A program made the position numbers and the translations under genes. The notes beneath the pieces are model-generated. The model was given only the letters and a program-made list of their open reading frames with translations. It did not search any database and was not told the origin of the DNA. From assembly GCA_045561235.1 (NCBI GenBank), contig JBJKYB010000002.1:18962-82961 (forward strand): DNA of 64,000 nt. Reading direction: 5' to 3'. Below are positions 1 to 10,203 of the stretch, piece after piece. The first letter of the stretch is position 1. Each line of letters opens with the position of its first letter. Origin of the DNA: Gammaproteobacteria bacterium (GTDB lineage: Bacteria; Pseudomonadota; Gammaproteobacteria; Poriferisulfidales; GCA-002705445).

Positions 1-172
1 GAAAATGTGATTTGCCTAAACTTCTATCGCCCCAGATAAATATTTGATTATTTGAATTCGTAAATATTTTTTTTATATGATCTACTATTTGCATATTCTC
101 TAAATTCTCACCATAGAATTTATCGAATGTCTGTTTAATATTCTTTTGATATGGAAGTATTAGTTGATTCAT
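1..172 (-). CDS. hda: Hda/DnaA-family AAA+ protein, N-terminal fragment (runs off window start)
   Basis: Minus-strand frame open from ATG at 170-172 to position 1: MNQLILPYQKNIKQTFDKFYGENLENMQIVDHIKKIFTNSNNQIFIWGDRSLGKSHF. This aligns with the E. coli Hda N-terminus (QLSLPLYLP...TF..F.....IYLW..G.GRSH Walker A). Its ATG overlaps the pgsA TGA stop as ATGA. It is not in the ORF track because it is truncated. Confidence 0.55.
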   Translation of the reverse strand, partial: MNQLILPYQKNIKQTFDKFYGENLENMQIVDHIKKIFTNSNNQIFIWGDRSLGKSHF

Positions 173-726
173 ATATTAGATGTCAATTTTATATTCTTAA
201 TTAAAATAACGTTTTTATAATTGTAAATATACTCAAGCGCACTAGCTATTGTTGTTAAAATAACTACGTTTATAATGTCCTGAATATAGGCAATATCTAA
301 ATAACTGTTTAAAAAAAGCATACAGCAAATTACTAAAAGTATTTGCATAAAAGTATTAACTTTACTTAGAAAGATTGGGCACATTTCCTGATAATTTTTA
401 TGTTTATTTTTTATTATAATACCAGTTAAAATTATGAAATCTCTTACTATAGATAATATTAAAAGATAATATGGTAATATATTTATGCTGCATAAAATCA
501 AGAATGCAGTATTTATCATGACCTTATCGGCTATTGCGTCTAAGTATGCCCCAATTAAGGACTCGCAATTAAAATATCTTGCTAATGCTCCATCTACGCA
601 ATCTGTGAGACCCATTATAATGAAAATATACATAGCAATGTCGTATTGCTGGTTCAATACATAAAAAGAAAATATAGGTATAAATAAAATCCTTAATCCG
701 CTTATAATATTTGGTATATTATTCAT
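169..726 (-). CDS. pgsA: CDP-diacylglycerol--glycerol-3-phosphate 3-phosphatidyltransferase (CDP-alcohol phosphatidyltransferase family)
   Basis: 185 aa multi-TM protein with the CDP-OH_P_transf motif DCVDGALAR...G..LDAIADK; size matches PgsA. Confidence 0.7.
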   Translation of the reverse strand: MNNIPNIISGLRILFIPIFSFYVLNQQYDIAMYIFIIMGLTDCVDGALARYFNCESLIGAYLDAIADKVMINTAFLILCSINILPYYLLILSIVRDFIILTGIIIKNKHKNYQEMCPIFLSKVNTFMQILLVICCMLFLNSYLDIAYIQDIINVVILTTIASALEYIYNYKNVILIKNIKLTSNI

Positions 727-777
727 AAATGTATTTTGACATAATTATAAGATAAATTAACTGATATTGAGATCATA

Positions 778-1833
778 ATGCCAAAAAAAAATAATATTAA
801 AAATCAAAAAGTTACCTATAAAAACTCAGGCGTATCCATTGAAAATGCTGATAAATTAATTAATAAAATTAAACCTATAGCAAAAAAAACGTTTAATAAA
901 AATGTTATTGGAAATATTGGTGGGTTTGGAGCTTTATATGATATATCGCGCTTAAATTATAAAAAACCAGTTTTAGTATCTGGAACTGACGGTGTAGGCA
1001 CAAAATTAAAACTTGCTGTAAAGCTTGAAAAACTAAATTCAATTGGTATAGACCTTGTTGCTATGTGTGTCAATGACATAATTTCTCAAGGAGCTAAACC
1101 TTTATTCTTTCTTGACTACTACTCAACAAGTAATCTAGAAGTTGAAAAAAGTTTCCAAATAATTAAAGGTATAGCCAAAGGATGTGAGATAAGTGGCACA
1201 TCTCTTATAGGTGGTGAAACTGCAGAAATGCCAAAAGTTTATAAAAAAGGCGATTTTGACATTGCCGGCTTTTGTGTAGGAGTAATTGAAAAAAAGGATT
1301 TATTACCAAAAAAAAATATTAACGCAGGTGACTGTGTTATTGGTATTAAATCAAGTGGATTTCATTCGAATGGCTATTCATTATTAAATAATTTAATTTC
1401 TAAAAATAAAATTAATATTAATGAAACTGTAGGAAAAAAAAATATTGGTACTGAATTAATTAAGCCAACTAAAATTTATACTGATATTCTTAATATTAAA
1501 TCATTTAAAAAAATTAAAGCAATAGCTAATATAACAGGTGGTGGATTAACAGAAAATATACCAAGAGTTCTTCCAGAAAATAAAAGTGCTCGACTAGATT
1601 TTAATAAAATTACAATGAATAAAATTTTTCAATATATTCAAAAAAAGGGAAATGTCGATAATACAGAGATGCTTAGAGTTTTTAATTGTGGTGTTGGAAT
1701 GATATTAATTGTAAAACGTAACGATGCTGATTTAATTATAAACGAATTAAAAAAAATTAAATTAAATTCTAGTATTATTGGAGATATAATCAATAAAAGT
1801 GGAAAATCTATTGTAACTTATCTGAATATTTAA
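778..1833 (+). CDS. purM: phosphoribosylformylglycinamidine cyclo-ligase (AIR synthetase)
   Basis: 351 aa, near-colinear with E. coli PurM (GGFGAL...VSGTDGVGTKL...GIDLVAMCVNDI...GGETAEMP...NCGVGM). Confidence 0.95.
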   Translation: MPKKNNIKNQKVTYKNSGVSIENADKLINKIKPIAKKTFNKNVIGNIGGFGALYDISRLNYKKPVLVSGTDGVGTKLKLAVKLEKLNSIGIDLVAMCVNDIISQGAKPLFFLDYYSTSNLEVEKSFQIIKGIAKGCEISGTSLIGGETAEMPKVYKKGDFDIAGFCVGVIEKKDLLPKKNINAGDCVIGIKSSGFHSNGYSLLNNLISKNKININETVGKKNIGTELIKPTKIYTDILNIKSFKKIKAIANITGGGLTENIPRVLPENKSARLDFNKITMNKIFQYIQKKGNVDNTEMLRVFNCGVGMILIVKRNDADLIINELKKIKLNSSIIGDIINKSGKSIVTYLNI

Positions 1834-1835
1834 TC

Positions 1836-2471
1836 ATGATTACTATAAGTATATTATTTTCTGGCAGAGGTACAAATGCTAATTCAATAATTGATTATGT
1901 TTTAAATAATAAATTAAATCTAAAAATTAAAATTATTGTATGTAATAATAAAAATGCTATAGGAATTAAAATGCTTAATGATTATAATTTTCAAAAAAAA
2001 ATTCTAGATATGAGTTCTTATGCCGATAAAAATAAATACAATATTGAATTACATAATATCCTAGACCCAAAAAAAAATGAATACCTTATATTATGTGGAT
2101 ATATGAGTAAAATACCTAATCATTTAATAAAAGCTTATAATGGTAATATCATTAATATTCATCCTTCACTATTACCAAAATATAAAGGGCTAAATACACA
2201 TGAAAAGGTTATAAATAATGGAGATGAAATTCATGGTTGCTCTACTCATTTTGTAACATGTAATATTGATGAAGGCCCAATAATAGCCCAATATCGTCTA
2301 CCAGTTGACAAAAATGACACCGCATTATCAATTTCAAAGAAACTATTGCCCTTAGAGCATAAACTGTATTATGAAACACTAAAAATGATTGAAGAAAAAA
2401 GAATTTATCTACGTGACAATAAAGTTATATTTGATGGCGAATTTTTAAATGAACCAATAATGCTCAATTAG
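1836..2471 (+). CDS. purN: phosphoribosylglycinamide formyltransferase
   Basis: 211 aa immediately downstream of purM; GAR transformylase motifs (NIHPSLLP, HGCSTHFV..DEGPII). Confidence 0.9.
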   Translation: MITISILFSGRGTNANSIIDYVLNNKLNLKIKIIVCNNKNAIGIKMLNDYNFQKKILDMSSYADKNKYNIELHNILDPKKNEYLILCGYMSKIPNHLIKAYNGNIINIHPSLLPKYKGLNTHEKVINNGDEIHGCSTHFVTCNIDEGPIIAQYRLPVDKNDTALSISKKLLPLEHKLYYETLKMIEEKRIYLRDNKVIFDGEFLNEPIMLN

Positions 2472-3283
2472 AGCTTTTTATGCTCTAGACACGGAAAGTT
2501 CTTTCTTAGCGTTGACTGAGACTTTAAATCAATAGCTGAGACTATAATTCCGGAGCTACCGTCTATAATACTTAAAGTTTCCCCCCAGGGATTAATAATC
2601 GTTGAATGTCCGTATGTTTCTCTGCCGCTGACATGATAACCGCCCTGTGCACTTGCAGCAAAATAAACTAAATTTTCAATTGCTCTAGATTTTATTAGGT
2701 ACTCCCAATGCGCTTTACCTGTAAAAGCAGTGAAAGCAGCAGGCATACATACGAGATCTACTCCTTGATTTGATAAATGCCTAAATAATTCAGGAAATCT
2801 TAAATCGTAACATATTGCTAAACCAATTTTACAAAAAGGAGTATCAACAGCAACTATAGAGTCACCATTAAGATATATATCAGATTCATTATATTTTTCA
2901 TCTGATTCAACCAAATTTACATCAAATAAATGAATCTTATTATATGACGAGATTATATTTCCATTATTATCAAAAATGATACAGGTTGAATAAACTTTTT
3001 CTTTATTATGAGATTTTATTGGTATTGTTCCAGCAATTATCCATATATCGTTTTTTTCTGCAGTATTACTTATAAACTCTTGAATTTTTCCACTACCAAA
3101 ATCTTCTTTAATATCTAAATAATCTGAATCCTTAGCTGCCATCATTGCAAAATTTTCTGGTAAAACAACTATATCTGCCCCAGATTCTTTTGATTCTTCA
3201 ATATATTTTCCAACCTCAAGTAAATTTGCATCTATATTTGGTCCAGATGCAATCTGAACGCATGATACTTTAAAATTGTTCAT
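2468..3283 (-). CDS. carbon-nitrogen hydrolase family protein (Nit-like amidohydrolase)
   Basis: 271 aa with the CN-hydrolase catalytic triad context (VVLPENF .. K .. LAICYDLRFPE, cysteine nucleophile). It is co-oriented with the YhdP-like gene and overlaps it, as in many beta/gamma proteobacteria. Confidence 0.75.
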   Translation of the reverse strand: MNNFKVSCVQIASGPNIDANLLEVGKYIEESKESGADIVVLPENFAMMAAKDSDYLDIKEDFGSGKIQEFISNTAEKNDIWIIAGTIPIKSHNKEKVYSTCIIFDNNGNIISSYNKIHLFDVNLVESDEKYNESDIYLNGDSIVAVDTPFCKIGLAICYDLRFPELFRHLSNQGVDLVCMPAAFTAFTGKAHWEYLIKSRAIENLVYFAASAQGGYHVSGRETYGHSTIINPWGETLSIIDGSSGIIVSAIDLKSQSTLRKNFPCLEHKKL

Positions 3284-6200
3284 TCAAATAATTCCTCAAC
3301 ACTGTCTAAAGGATCGGTTTTTTTATCCATAATTTTGATTTTAGGATTATCCCAAGATCCTGTAACTTTATATTTAATTTTAATTAAATCATTAATATCT
3401 TTTCCAAAAGCTTTTGCTAGTTTATCAGCAGCAAAAGTAGCAGCAGCAGTTATTGGTCCTCCTAATAAAGCAATAGCTGGAAGTGTCTCGCCAAACTCGG
3501 GGCTTGCAACCACATGCATATCATATGTTTCATTTACAATATCTGTTGTTCCTATGGCAAGCATTTCAGCAGATGGTCCCTTAATAAAAAGATTTGTTGT
3601 AAATATGCTTCCATTATCAATTCTAAAATCACCATCTAAAGTATTAAAATAAAATCCATTTTTTGTAACGTCATCAAAATCTAAAGATAATCTTTTCGCA
3701 AGAAGATCAATATTAAATAATCCAAAAATCCTAGTTACTCTATTACCGACTTTCTTTATTCTTCCATCTTTCATATTTGTAGAAAACTTTCCATAGATAT
3801 TTTTTAACTTAAAATCAAACAAACTACCACGCCAGGAAATATCGAAAATACTATCAATAGAAGAATCTCTTATGCTATGACTAAAATTCCAATAGTTAAG
3901 CAAATTTTGTAAATTTTCACTTTTCAAATTTATTAAAAAGGAACTTATGTTATTATTTTCAATATTGCCAGAAGCTTTAATATTGACTTTATCTGAAGAT
4001 ACAATGATTTTCTCAAAAGAAAACGAATTGTCTGAGGAAGAACCAATAATAGAGAGATCATCTAATATAACTTTATTTAAAGAAAGCTTTTTTATCTTTA
4101 TATTTACTTTATTTAAATATGAAAAAAGATTTATATCATTACTATTTGTATTAATATCTTTCCAATCATTAATATTTATTTTACTTATAGAGCCATGCAA
4201 ATTAAATTTTTGGATTGGCATATTTCGTTTATTACCAGAAAAATCAATATATCCAACAAAGGAATTAAGAGATTTAATTTCAGAGAGCATACCATTATAG
4301 CTTATAGATATATCTCTAAAAGTTTCCTGATCAAATATTGTAGATATTTTTGTACTAACCTTATTATTCTCTGATTTTCTAAAAGGTTCAGGTAAATTTA
4401 CTGACGTACCTTCAAGATTTGAAAATGCAACTATGCCTATATTTTTACTTGGACTAGAAAATCCAGGAAAAGATATTTCATACCTCCATAGTGCGTTTCC
4501 AGTCAATAATTTTTTTGCATTTAGATTTTTTATATAGTCTTTAAAATTAATTTTCTGTTTTCCAAAAATAATAAAGTTTTTATTTGAATCAGTTTTTAAT
4601 TTAAAATTTATTTTTTGACTATTATAAAACCCTTTCAGGCTTTCATTTCTTTCTGTATAGAAATTGTTATCTTTAAATTTTATTTTACCATTTAAATTTG
4701 AAATTTTATTTGATTTGTTATAATCATAATTAATGTCTATTAAATTAATATTGCTCTCATAAAAATTTTTATTACCATTAAAAGCTAGTATTATATCAAA
4801 ATCAGTTAATGCTTTTCCTGAAATTTTTTCAATAATTTTGTTATTAATATCAGATAATTTTGCTTTATTTGAATAAGTAATTAGATCTTTCAAAGGACCA
4901 TCTAAATTTACATTTATTAAAAGTTCTGCATTTTCAACATCTTTTATGTGTAAGCTTGGATTACGTACATTTGTTTCTAATACCTTAAAATTTTCCGAAA
5001 TAAAAAAAGCACTTCTCTTATTGAAATATGCTTTTCCATTAATATTCTTAAATGGAATCCAATTTGTTTTATAGTCCATATGCAAATTTTCAATTGGGAA
5101 AACAGCAAAAGATATTCCTGAATAATCATCGTAAAATGGGTAACTTGAAAGACTCCCATTTATAGCGATATAACCATTTTTTGTTTTTCCTTCCTTAAAA
5201 GCATTACTGAAGTAATTTGCCGTTTTCGCTTTCACAAAATTTTTAGGCAAATAGTCTGTTATGTAACTCATATCAATATATTTTAACGAGGAGAAAAAAT
5301 TTATAGAATTATTTTCAGAACTTACATTACCGGAAACTATAAAATCAATTTGCTTATTTACAAGCTTAATTTTTTCAAATACAACATCTAAATTATTATA
5401 ATTTTTTAGTGATATTTTGCCATTTATTAAATCAAACTGTAAAGTATTGTTTAGAATATCATCATTAGAAATTTTAATGTTTTTTGAACTTACATCAACA
5501 TATGCCTGAGAATTATCAAACATTACAAAACCTGAAAAATTTTCAACGTAATTTTCTTTATAAAAAAAATTAGAGTTTAAAAAATCACCTTCAAAATAGA
5601 TTTCATTCAAATTTTTTGCTATTGATAATTTAAATTTAGCCTTAGAAATAATTCCATTAAAATTAAAACTGTTACCATCAAAAAAACTGTAATCATTAAA
5701 AAAATTATTTGTATTAATGTTCAATTTATGTACGTACGTGAATATAGTACGATTTAAAAAATCATAAGAACCCGATATATTACTAAATTTGTATAAATTA
5801 TTATTATTTGATAAAGAAGAAAATTCTATAATCTCAAAATTTAGTTTTTTCTTAATATTCCCAGAAAATGCTAACTTTAAACTTATATCCTTTACAATAT
5901 TTTCATTTATAATAAAGTTTGATTTTTTTATAGTCTTAATCGAGAAATTGCTTTCTTCAAAATCTCCCTGTCGATATTTTCCATTAGATTTTATTAAAAG
6001 TTTTGAATCTTTAATTTTAATATTATATTTTTTTAATAATTTTTTAAACTCATAATTAAACTCTCCTTTAGCTTCAATTTTATAATCTATATTTTTAAGC
6101 ATATTATTATCAAATAATATATTTTTTACTTTTATGTTAATTTTCTTATTATTGTCAAACTCAGATGAAAAATTAATATTATTTTTTTGAATAAAAATAT

Positions 6201-6669
6201 TTGTATTTTTAAAATTATATTTTTTTTCTTGGTACAATAAATTGAATTTTGAATTTGCAATAATTATATTATCTACCATAAATTTCATATTATTTTTATT
6301 AGTATTTAATATTGCTAAAAGACTTATTAACTCGCCTGTATAATTTATTTTCTCTACATAAACTGATTTTAAAATTGGTTTAAAAAAAATAACTGACTTA
6401 TATATGTTTACTAAAATCTCAATATTTTCTGGATACTTTAATTTTTGCCCCTTATCTTTATTTGAAATTTCAACTTTTATAGACGGATACAATCCTTTCC
6501 AGTTTGTTTTTACATTTTTAACTGTAACATGTGAAATATTTTGTTCATTTATATAATCTTGAAGGAAATTTATATTGTTGTTGAGGTAAATTACAAATAG
6601 TCTCGATACTGTTAAACTTATTAACAAATAAGCTATTAAAAAAAGTATTGAATACCTTAAAATCTTCAT
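3280..6669 (-). CDS. YhdP/AsmA-like family large envelope protein (DUF3971-type)
   Basis: 1129 aa with a single N-terminal TM anchor (MKILRYSILFLIAYLLISL). The long beta-rich body and conserved C-terminal segment (GPSAEMLAIGTTDIVNETYDMHVVASPEFGETLPAIALLGGP...KYKVTGSWDNPKI) are typical of the YhdP family. There is a 4-bp ATGA overlap with the nit-like gene. Confidence 0.55.
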   Translation of the reverse strand: MKILRYSILFLIAYLLISLTVSRLFVIYLNNNINFLQDYINEQNISHVTVKNVKTNWKGLYPSIKVEISNKDKGQKLKYPENIEILVNIYKSVIFFKPILKSVYVEKINYTGELISLLAILNTNKNNMKFMVDNIIIANSKFNLLYQEKKYNFKNTNIFIQKNNINFSSEFDNNKKINIKVKNILFDNNMLKNIDYKIEAKGEFNYEFKKLLKKYNIKIKDSKLLIKSNGKYRQGDFEESNFSIKTIKKSNFIINENIVKDISLKLAFSGNIKKKLNFEIIEFSSLSNNNNLYKFSNISGSYDFLNRTIFTYVHKLNINTNNFFNDYSFFDGNSFNFNGIISKAKFKLSIAKNLNEIYFEGDFLNSNFFYKENYVENFSGFVMFDNSQAYVDVSSKNIKISNDDILNNTLQFDLINGKISLKNYNNLDVVFEKIKLVNKQIDFIVSGNVSSENNSINFFSSLKYIDMSYITDYLPKNFVKAKTANYFSNAFKEGKTKNGYIAINGSLSSYPFYDDYSGISFAVFPIENLHMDYKTNWIPFKNINGKAYFNKRSAFFISENFKVLETNVRNPSLHIKDVENAELLINVNLDGPLKDLITYSNKAKLSDINNKIIEKISGKALTDFDIILAFNGNKNFYESNINLIDINYDYNKSNKISNLNGKIKFKDNNFYTERNESLKGFYNSQKINFKLKTDSNKNFIIFGKQKINFKDYIKNLNAKKLLTGNALWRYEISFPGFSSPSKNIGIVAFSNLEGTSVNLPEPFRKSENNKVSTKISTIFDQETFRDISISYNGMLSEIKSLNSFVGYIDFSGNKRNMPIQKFNLHGSISKININDWKDINTNSNDINLFSYLNKVNIKIKKLSLNKVILDDLSIIGSSSDNSFSFEKIIVSSDKVNIKASGNIENNNISSFLINLKSENLQNLLNYWNFSHSIRDSSIDSIFDISWRGSLFDFKLKNIYGKFSTNMKDGRIKKVGNRVTRIFGLFNIDLLAKRLSLDFDDVTKNGFYFNTLDGDFRIDNGSIFTTNLFIKGPSAEMLAIGTTDIVNETYDMHVVASPEFGETLPAIALLGGPITAAATFAADKLAKAFGKDINDLIKIKYKVTGSWDNPKIKIMDKKTDPLDSVEELFE

Positions 6670-6670
6670 G

Positions 6671-7132
6671 TTACGACCTGTGGTATGGATGATTATTCAT
6701 TATACATATTGATCTATATATTTGCTCCATAAGTATAACCTTAGCTAGTACATGTGGAAACGTTAAATTGGACAACGAAATCACCTGATCTGCTTTTTCT
6801 AGAATAGCCTTAGAAAGCCCATTAGGACCGCCAATAAAAAAATATAAATTTGAAAAACTTTCTTCCCAATGCTTAATTTTTTCTGAGAATTCTATGGAAT
6901 TGCATAATTTTCCAGATTCGTCTAAAGCGATCATTATTGAATTTGGCTTTATCAAAGAAATAGCTTTATTGTATTCCTTTTTATAATTATTTTTATTTGT
7001 TTTCTCAGTCCTGAAATTTATATTTATTAATTCAATTTCAAAAAAGTTCTTAATTAGTTTTTCATATTTCTCTACAAAAAGAGTTTCATATTTTTCCTTC
7101 TTATTACAAATTGTAATAATAAAAATTTTCAT
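6671..7132 (-). CDS. rlmH: 23S rRNA (pseudouridine1915-N3)-methyltransferase, SPOUT family
   Basis: 153 aa; RlmH motifs (LDE.G...S.EF...I..W...G...FFIGGP.GL, C-terminal HPYHR) in the conserved nadD-rsfS-rlmH context. Confidence 0.85.
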   Translation of the reverse strand: MKIFIITICNKKEKYETLFVEKYEKLIKNFFEIELININFRTEKTNKNNYKKEYNKAISLIKPNSIMIALDESGKLCNSIEFSEKIKHWEESFSNLYFFIGGPNGLSKAILEKADQVISLSNLTFPHVLAKVILMEQIYRSICIMNNHPYHRS

Positions 7133-7138
7133 GGATTT

Positions 7139-7519
7139 TTAAGCTGAAGTAATTTCAGACTTACAATTTTTTTCGTCAGACCATAGTTTTTCTAAACCAT
7201 AAAATTCTCTAGTCTCTTGCAGCATTATATTTATTACAATATCATATAAGTCTATTAGAACCCATTCACTATCTATTTCGATACCTTTAATATTTTTACC
7301 GTAACCATTTTTTTTAAGATTTTCGGTAATTTCATTTGATATTGCTTTAATATGTATCGAAGATGTCCCAGTGCCGATTAGAAGTAAGTCAGTGAAATTT
7401 GATTTTTTTTTCATATCTATACAAACTAAATCTAGGATTTTCAAATCTTCAAGTGAATCCATAACTATACTTTTAATTGCACTATATTGTGAATTACTCA
7501 TATTTTTTATAAAGCTCAT
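7139..7519 (-). CDS. rsfS: ribosomal silencing factor RsfS (Iojap family)
   Basis: About 120 aa Iojap-like protein between nadD and rlmH. The annotated start overlaps nadD by 26 bp; the true start may be the internal Met at about 7501. Confidence 0.75.
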   Translation of the reverse strand: MSFIKNMSNSQYSAIKSIVMDSLEDLKILDLVCIDMKKKSNFTDLLLIGTGTSSIHIKAISNEITENLKKNGYGKNIKGIEIDSEWVLIDLYDIVINIMLQETREFYGLEKLWSDEKNCKSEITSA

Positions 7520-8132
7520 TCCTTTTTATATATGACATAATTGATCCAGGAATTTTTTTAATTGGATCTTCGCCTTTGCCTATTATATCTCTAATTAAAC
7601 TTGAGGATACATCTATTGGAGCAATATCATGAAAGAAAATTCCATGCTTTTTATTTTTTATAAAATCAAACTTATTTTTTGAAATTCTATTTTGAATGTA
7701 AATGTCCATACTATTTAATTTATTTAAGTTATATCCAGGCCTGTTCATAACTAAAATATTAACTTTATTTAAAATTTCTTTATAATTATACCAAGATTCT
7801 ATTTTTAGAAACACATCCAATCCTATTATTAAACAAAATTTATCTTTTTTATGTCTTTCTTTGAGAATATTAATTGTATCATATGTATATGACACACCTT
7901 TTCTTCTAATTTCTAGGTCTTCTGCAACAAAATTGTTAGAGTTCGATGCAGCTATTATAGATACCATATTCATTCTGTGTTTAGGATTTGCATAAAACAC
8001 TTTTCCAACTGCTGATTTATATGTTGGAATTAGCTTAATTTCAGATAAATTGAATTGCTCGGAAACCTCAATTAAAGGGTTAATATGTCCAAAATGTATT
8101 GGATCAAAACTTCCACCTAGTACACCTATCAT
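7494..8132 (-). CDS. nadD: nicotinate-nucleotide adenylyltransferase
   Basis: 212 aa; N-terminal (G)GSFDPIH.GH nucleotidyltransferase motif with NadD length and context. Confidence 0.9.
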   Translation of the reverse strand: MIGVLGGSFDPIHFGHINPLIEVSEQFNLSEIKLIPTYKSAVGKVFYANPKHRMNMVSIIAASNSNNFVAEDLEIRRKGVSYTYDTINILKERHKKDKFCLIIGLDVFLKIESWYNYKEILNKVNILVMNRPGYNLNKLNSMDIYIQNRISKNKFDFIKNKKHGIFFHDIAPIDVSSSLIRDIIGKGEDPIKKIPGSIMSYIKRNELYKKYE

Positions 8133-8217
8133 ATAAACTAATTTAAATAATTATTTTTTATTAGTGTACATTATGATAAAACAAAATAAAATAAACAATT
8201 CGAAGAAATAAAAATTT

Positions 8218-9630
8218 ATGAAAGATCATTTAATATTTTTAACTGGAAAGCTAGCGAAGATATCACTTGAGAAAGTTCTATCAGATATTAGCTCCAAAAA
8301 TAAATTCACTTATGAAGTTATGGATATAGGTGTTAATGTTGCTGCTTTGGCAACAATAAATATTATTATTAAAAAAATAAATTTATCAGATGTCACAAAA
8401 GCAACAAAAATTATTATCCCGGGTAGATGCAGAGGTGAAATAAAAGATCTAGAAGCTCATTTTAAGAAAAAATTCATTAGAGGTCCAGAAGAACTAAAAG
8501 ACATTCCAAGCTTTTTAGGTTTACAAGGAAAAGATCTTGATCTAAGTAAATATGATACAAAAATAATTGGAGAAATTACCGAGGCTCCAAATATGTCTAT
8601 TGATGAGATTATTATTCAGGCAAATATTTATAAAGCTGATGGCGCAGATATTATCGATATTGGGTGTTTACCAAGTACAAAGTTTCCACATTTGACCGAA
8701 ACAGTTCAGGAATTAAAAAAACAAAAATTTATGGTTAGTATAGACTCTCTTGATGAAAAAAATTTAATCACAGGAGCTAAAGCTGGTGCAGATTTTTTAC
8801 TAAGCCTTCAAGAAAAATCTATCTGGATAATGGATGAAGTAAATTCTTTACCTGTGATTATTCCAGACTTTCCAAAAGAAGAAAAAAGATTTTACAAGTT
8901 AATTGAAAAATTATTAAAAAATGATAAAGAATTTATTGCTGATTCAATCCTAGAGCCAATAAATTTTGGTTTTACTGATTCCATAGTAAGGTATCATAGA
9001 TTTAGAAAAGAATTTCCGAATGTAGAAATAATGATGGGTATTGGAAATTTAACTGAGCTAACACATGCAGATACAGCTGGAATGAATGCTCTCCTTTTTG
9101 GTATTGCTTCAGAGCTGGAAATTAATTATGCATTATGCACACAGGTAAGTGAACATTGTAATAGGGCCATAATAGAAGGAAATTTTGCTAGAAGAATTAT
9201 GCGTTCCACGAAAACTTATAGTATGCCTCCAAAGGATATTTCTAATAAACTGCTTAGCCTACATGAAAGAAAGCCATTTCCATATTCAACTGAAGAACTT
9301 AAAGAAATGTGGAGTAATGTAAAAGATAAAAATTATAGGATTTATGTAAATCAGGATGGTATACATGTTTTTAATAACAAAAATTTCTATACAGAAAAGG
9401 ATGCTGCAGAGTTTTATCAATATCTTGATATAAAAAATGATGACGGACATGCATATTACCTAGGTATGGAATTAGCAAGAGCTGAAATAGCATTTCAGCT
9501 TGGCAAAAGATACGATCAAGACGAAATACTAAAATGGGGCTGTTCTGTAGAAATATCAGATGATGATATAATGAAATTTAAAACTGCAGGCCACACTATG
9601 AGAAAATTAAAAAAAGAAAAAATGGATTAA
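8218..9630 (+). CDS. dihydropteroate-synthase-like pterin-binding protein, probably tetrahydromethanopterin biosynthesis (MJ0301-type)
   Basis: 470 aa. The central region carries the pterin-binding/DHPS signature (GADIIDIG..PST...) flanked by extra N- and C-terminal domains, as in archaeal/methylotroph H4MPT-linked DHPS-like proteins. It is adjacent to an MfnB-like gene. Confidence 0.55.
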   Translation: MKDHLIFLTGKLAKISLEKVLSDISSKNKFTYEVMDIGVNVAALATINIIIKKINLSDVTKATKIIIPGRCRGEIKDLEAHFKKKFIRGPEELKDIPSFLGLQGKDLDLSKYDTKIIGEITEAPNMSIDEIIIQANIYKADGADIIDIGCLPSTKFPHLTETVQELKKQKFMVSIDSLDEKNLITGAKAGADFLLSLQEKSIWIMDEVNSLPVIIPDFPKEEKRFYKLIEKLLKNDKEFIADSILEPINFGFTDSIVRYHRFRKEFPNVEIMMGIGNLTELTHADTAGMNALLFGIASELEINYALCTQVSEHCNRAIIEGNFARRIMRSTKTYSMPPKDISNKLLSLHERKPFPYSTEELKEMWSNVKDKNYRIYVNQDGIHVFNNKNFYTEKDAAEFYQYLDIKNDDGHAYYLGMELARAEIAFQLGKRYDQDEILKWGCSVEISDDDIMKFKTAGHTMRKLKKEKMD

Positions 9631-9633
9631 ATC

Positions 9634-10203
9634 ATGACCTATGTCAGAGAGACTATAGTTACCACTAAAAATATTGATAACTCTATAAAAGTATCACCAC
9701 TTGGAATTTATATTGAAAATAGTATATTGAAAATAAAACCTTTCAAACCATCAATTTCTCTTGAAAATATCTTAAGAAATAAATCAGGTGTGATAAACTA
9801 TATAGATGATGTAAGAATATTTGCATCATGTATTACAAAAAAAAGTATTAATATTGACTTTGAAAAAGTTAACTTTATTGATTGCTCAAGAATTAATGGT
9901 GCTATATCTCATACAGAATTTGTAGTCGAACATATTGAAGATGATGATAAAAGGCCAACTATAACATGCAAACCTGTTAATGAAGAGGTTCATAAAATAT
10001 TTTATGGGCTAAATAGAGCAAAATCAGCAGTTTTAGAGCTTTGTATTCTCGCATCTAGATTAGGCATAATTGAGGATAAAAAAATTCAAGATGAAATTGA
10101 ATATTTAAAGATCGCAATAGACAAAACAGCTGGTAAAAATGAGCTCGAAGCTTGGACTTGGTTAAATAATTATATAAATACATACAGAGAAAAAATAAAA
10201 TAA
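9634..10203 (+). CDS. hypothetical protein, possibly DUF447-like small protein associated with H4MPT/MFR cofactor gene clusters
   Basis: 189 aa, starting 4 bp after the DHPS-like gene and sharing an ATGA-type junction with the MfnB-like gene. I recognise no strong motif; the assignment is by context and size only. Confidence 0.3.
   Translation: MTYVRETIVTTKNIDNSIKVSPLGIYIENSILKIKPFKPSISLENILRNKSGVINYIDDVRIFASCITKKSINIDFEKVNFIDCSRINGAISHTEFVVEHIEDDDKRPTITCKPVNEEVHKIFYGLNRAKSAVLELCILASRLGIIEDKKIQDEIEYLKIAIDKTAGKNELEAWTWLNNYINTYREKIK

Noticed and set aside
727-777. Candidate purM promoter (TTGACA at 738-743) and a PurR operator
   Set aside because: TTGACA is present but no convincing -10 hexamer lies at 16-18 bp spacing, and no PurR-box-like palindrome is present, so I did not list a promoter feature.
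3335-3652. Plus-strand ORFs (3335..3652, 3947..4300, 5789..6055) inside the YhdP-like gene
   Set aside because: They are antisense to a long, well-supported minus-strand CDS and their translations are low-complexity Ile/Leu/Phe-rich, typical frame artefacts of AT-rich DNA.
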